From a virus: a stretch of 32,927 nt of DNA. The stretch is from positions 1-32,927 of the IMG/VR virus record IMGVR_UViG_3300045988_149366. One strand, given 5' to 3'. Shown one piece after another: positions 32,043 to 32,927 of this stretch (positions within the stretch are counted from its first letter, which is position 1; every line of letters begins with the position of its first letter). The translations under genes and the position numbers were made by a program. A model generated the notes under the pieces. The model saw only the letters and a list, made by a program, of their open reading frames with translations, had not been told where the DNA came from and did no database searches.

Positions 32043-32545
32043 ACCCCCAACTCAAAGACAGTGTCATCAACCTATACGACCAGTACATGAACCAGGCGGG
32101 CGGCAAACTCAAATATGAGGACGTGCGAGAAAAACTCGTGCCAGACATGGTGAACCTGCTCCAACAGCGCGACCGAGACCTCGAAACCGAAGCGCGCACA
32201 CTCATTAAAACAGCGCTCGACTCCACGCGGCGCACCAGGTCAAACAGCATGCGCAAAAGCCTGGAAGACATTCTGGGGCATCTCAGTGACCCTGAGGAAG
32301 CAGCGCTCAGCGTGCAGCCGATCATGGAGTGCGCGTTCCCCCTGGGAGACGGGCAGGACATGACACTGCGGTACTGGAAGATTGAGGACTTTTTCGATTC
32401 GCTTGTGGTGCGCTACAGGGAAGCCGCAGCATCCACCGAAGCAGCCAAACAGTATGACGAGGCAGTGTCAGCACTGACAGCCCTCATGCGGTCTACGGGG
32501 GCGCGCACAGTAGGCGACCTCATCACTGAGGAGGTCTCACTGTGA
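32039..32545 (+). CDS. hypothetical protein
   Basis: Track ORF; ATGA overlap with the upstream gene. Confidence 0.6.
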   Translation: MNPQLKDSVINLYDQYMNQAGGKLKYEDVREKLVPDMVNLLQQRDRDLETEARTLIKTALDSTRRTRSNSMRKSLEDILGHLSDPEEAALSVQPIMECAFPLGDGQDMTLRYWKIEDFFDSLVVRYREAAASTEAAKQYDEAVSALTALMRSTGARTVGDLITEEVSL

Positions 32546-32787
32546 AGTCGTTTGATACTCCTCGCCCCGCTGGGTGGCGTGAAGCCGAACAGGTCCAGCG
32601 CCTATTCCATGCCGCGAACCCGCCGACAAGGAGGCAAGTAGCACGCGCGCTCGACAACCTGGCACGCAAATACGACCTACAAGTCCAAACGCGGAAACAT
32701 CATTGTTCTTCCTTCCCGGTAGGCGAATGTTCCGGCGACAACAACCCTACCGGGGAGGACACCACCCACAAGGAGGCTGTGAGGTGA
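32542..32787 (+). CDS. hypothetical protein
   Basis: Track ORF; GTGA overlaps at both ends. Confidence 0.55.
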   Translation: MKSFDTPRPAGWREAEQVQRLFHAANPPTRRQVARALDNLARKYDLQVQTRKHHCSSFPVGECSGDNNPTGEDTTHKEAVR

Positions 32788-32927
32788 GCAGCACGCTCTT
32801 ATTCACTTCTTTCGAGTCCGTTTGGCCCGTGAGCGTCGTCGTCTTTTTCGTCCTCGGCTTGTTGACGGGCGTTCTGATCTCGATGCTGGCTGCTGTTTTC
32901 GCTCAGGCGCGAACGCGTGAAAAAAAC
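32784..32927 (+). CDS. 5' part of the junction-spanning membrane-protein gene (continues as 1..413)
   Basis: GTG 32784 overlaps the TGA of the preceding gene (GTGA). AAGGAGG at 32770-32776 lies 7 nt upstream. It is in frame with track ORF 21..413 via the repeat (32829 = position 21; 45 nt apart). Confidence 0.6.
   Translation, partial: MSSTLLFTSFESVWPVSVVVFFVLGLLTGVLISMLAAVFAQARTREKN
32809..32927. repeat. terminal direct repeat, right copy (circular-closure overlap)
   Basis: Identical to nt 1-119; unique genome length is therefore 32808 bp. Confidence 0.95.

Overview
The first and last 119 nt of the window are identical. The window is therefore one complete, circularly closed phage genome of 32,808 unique bp. 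It looks like a temperate siphovirus or prophage of a high-GC Gram-positive (Actinomycetota-type) host; the host call is inferred from codon bias, frequent GTG/TTG starts, candidate leaderless starts and gene content. Genes are on the + strand unless noted.

- **Lysogeny switch:** XRE/CI-like repressor plus ImmA/IrrE metalloprotease (30479-29606, minus strand). They diverge from a Cro-like gene (30583) across a region with three 14-bp palindromic operators.
- **Early operon:** ParB-like nuclease-domain protein and small unknown proteins, crossing the artificial junction. It continues with an excisionase-family HTH, a YqaJ-like exonuclease plus RecT, a PD-(D/E)XK resolvase-like nuclease, a lambda-O-like replication initiator with an internal iteron/A-rich/hairpin origin candidate, an ASCH/DUF3850 protein and SSB.
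- **Packaging and head:** HNH endonuclease, small and large terminase, portal, a MuF-like head protein with an extra AT-richer nuclease-like C-terminal module, scaffold and major capsid protein.
- **Neck and tail:** connector proteins, major tail protein, G/GT chaperones with a CCCAAAA -1 slippery site, a 980-aa tape measure, a distal tail protein, and a collagen-repeat tail protein with partners.
- **Lysis:** CHAP plus peptidoglycan-binding endolysin, holin and a membrane coiled-coil protein.
- **Integration:** tyrosine integrase (minus strand) with a repeat-rich attP candidate upstream.

The accessory content is the most interesting part:
- A reverse-strand pair of membrane-anchored proteins lies inside the early operon. 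One of them is invisible in the ORF track because it crosses the window edge.
- A candidate-leaderless DUF3800 gene sits between attP and the immunity genes.
- The MuF protein carries a toxin-like fusion.
- A start-less HTH gene fragment lies next to int.

I found no tRNA, rRNA, CRISPR array or transposase.
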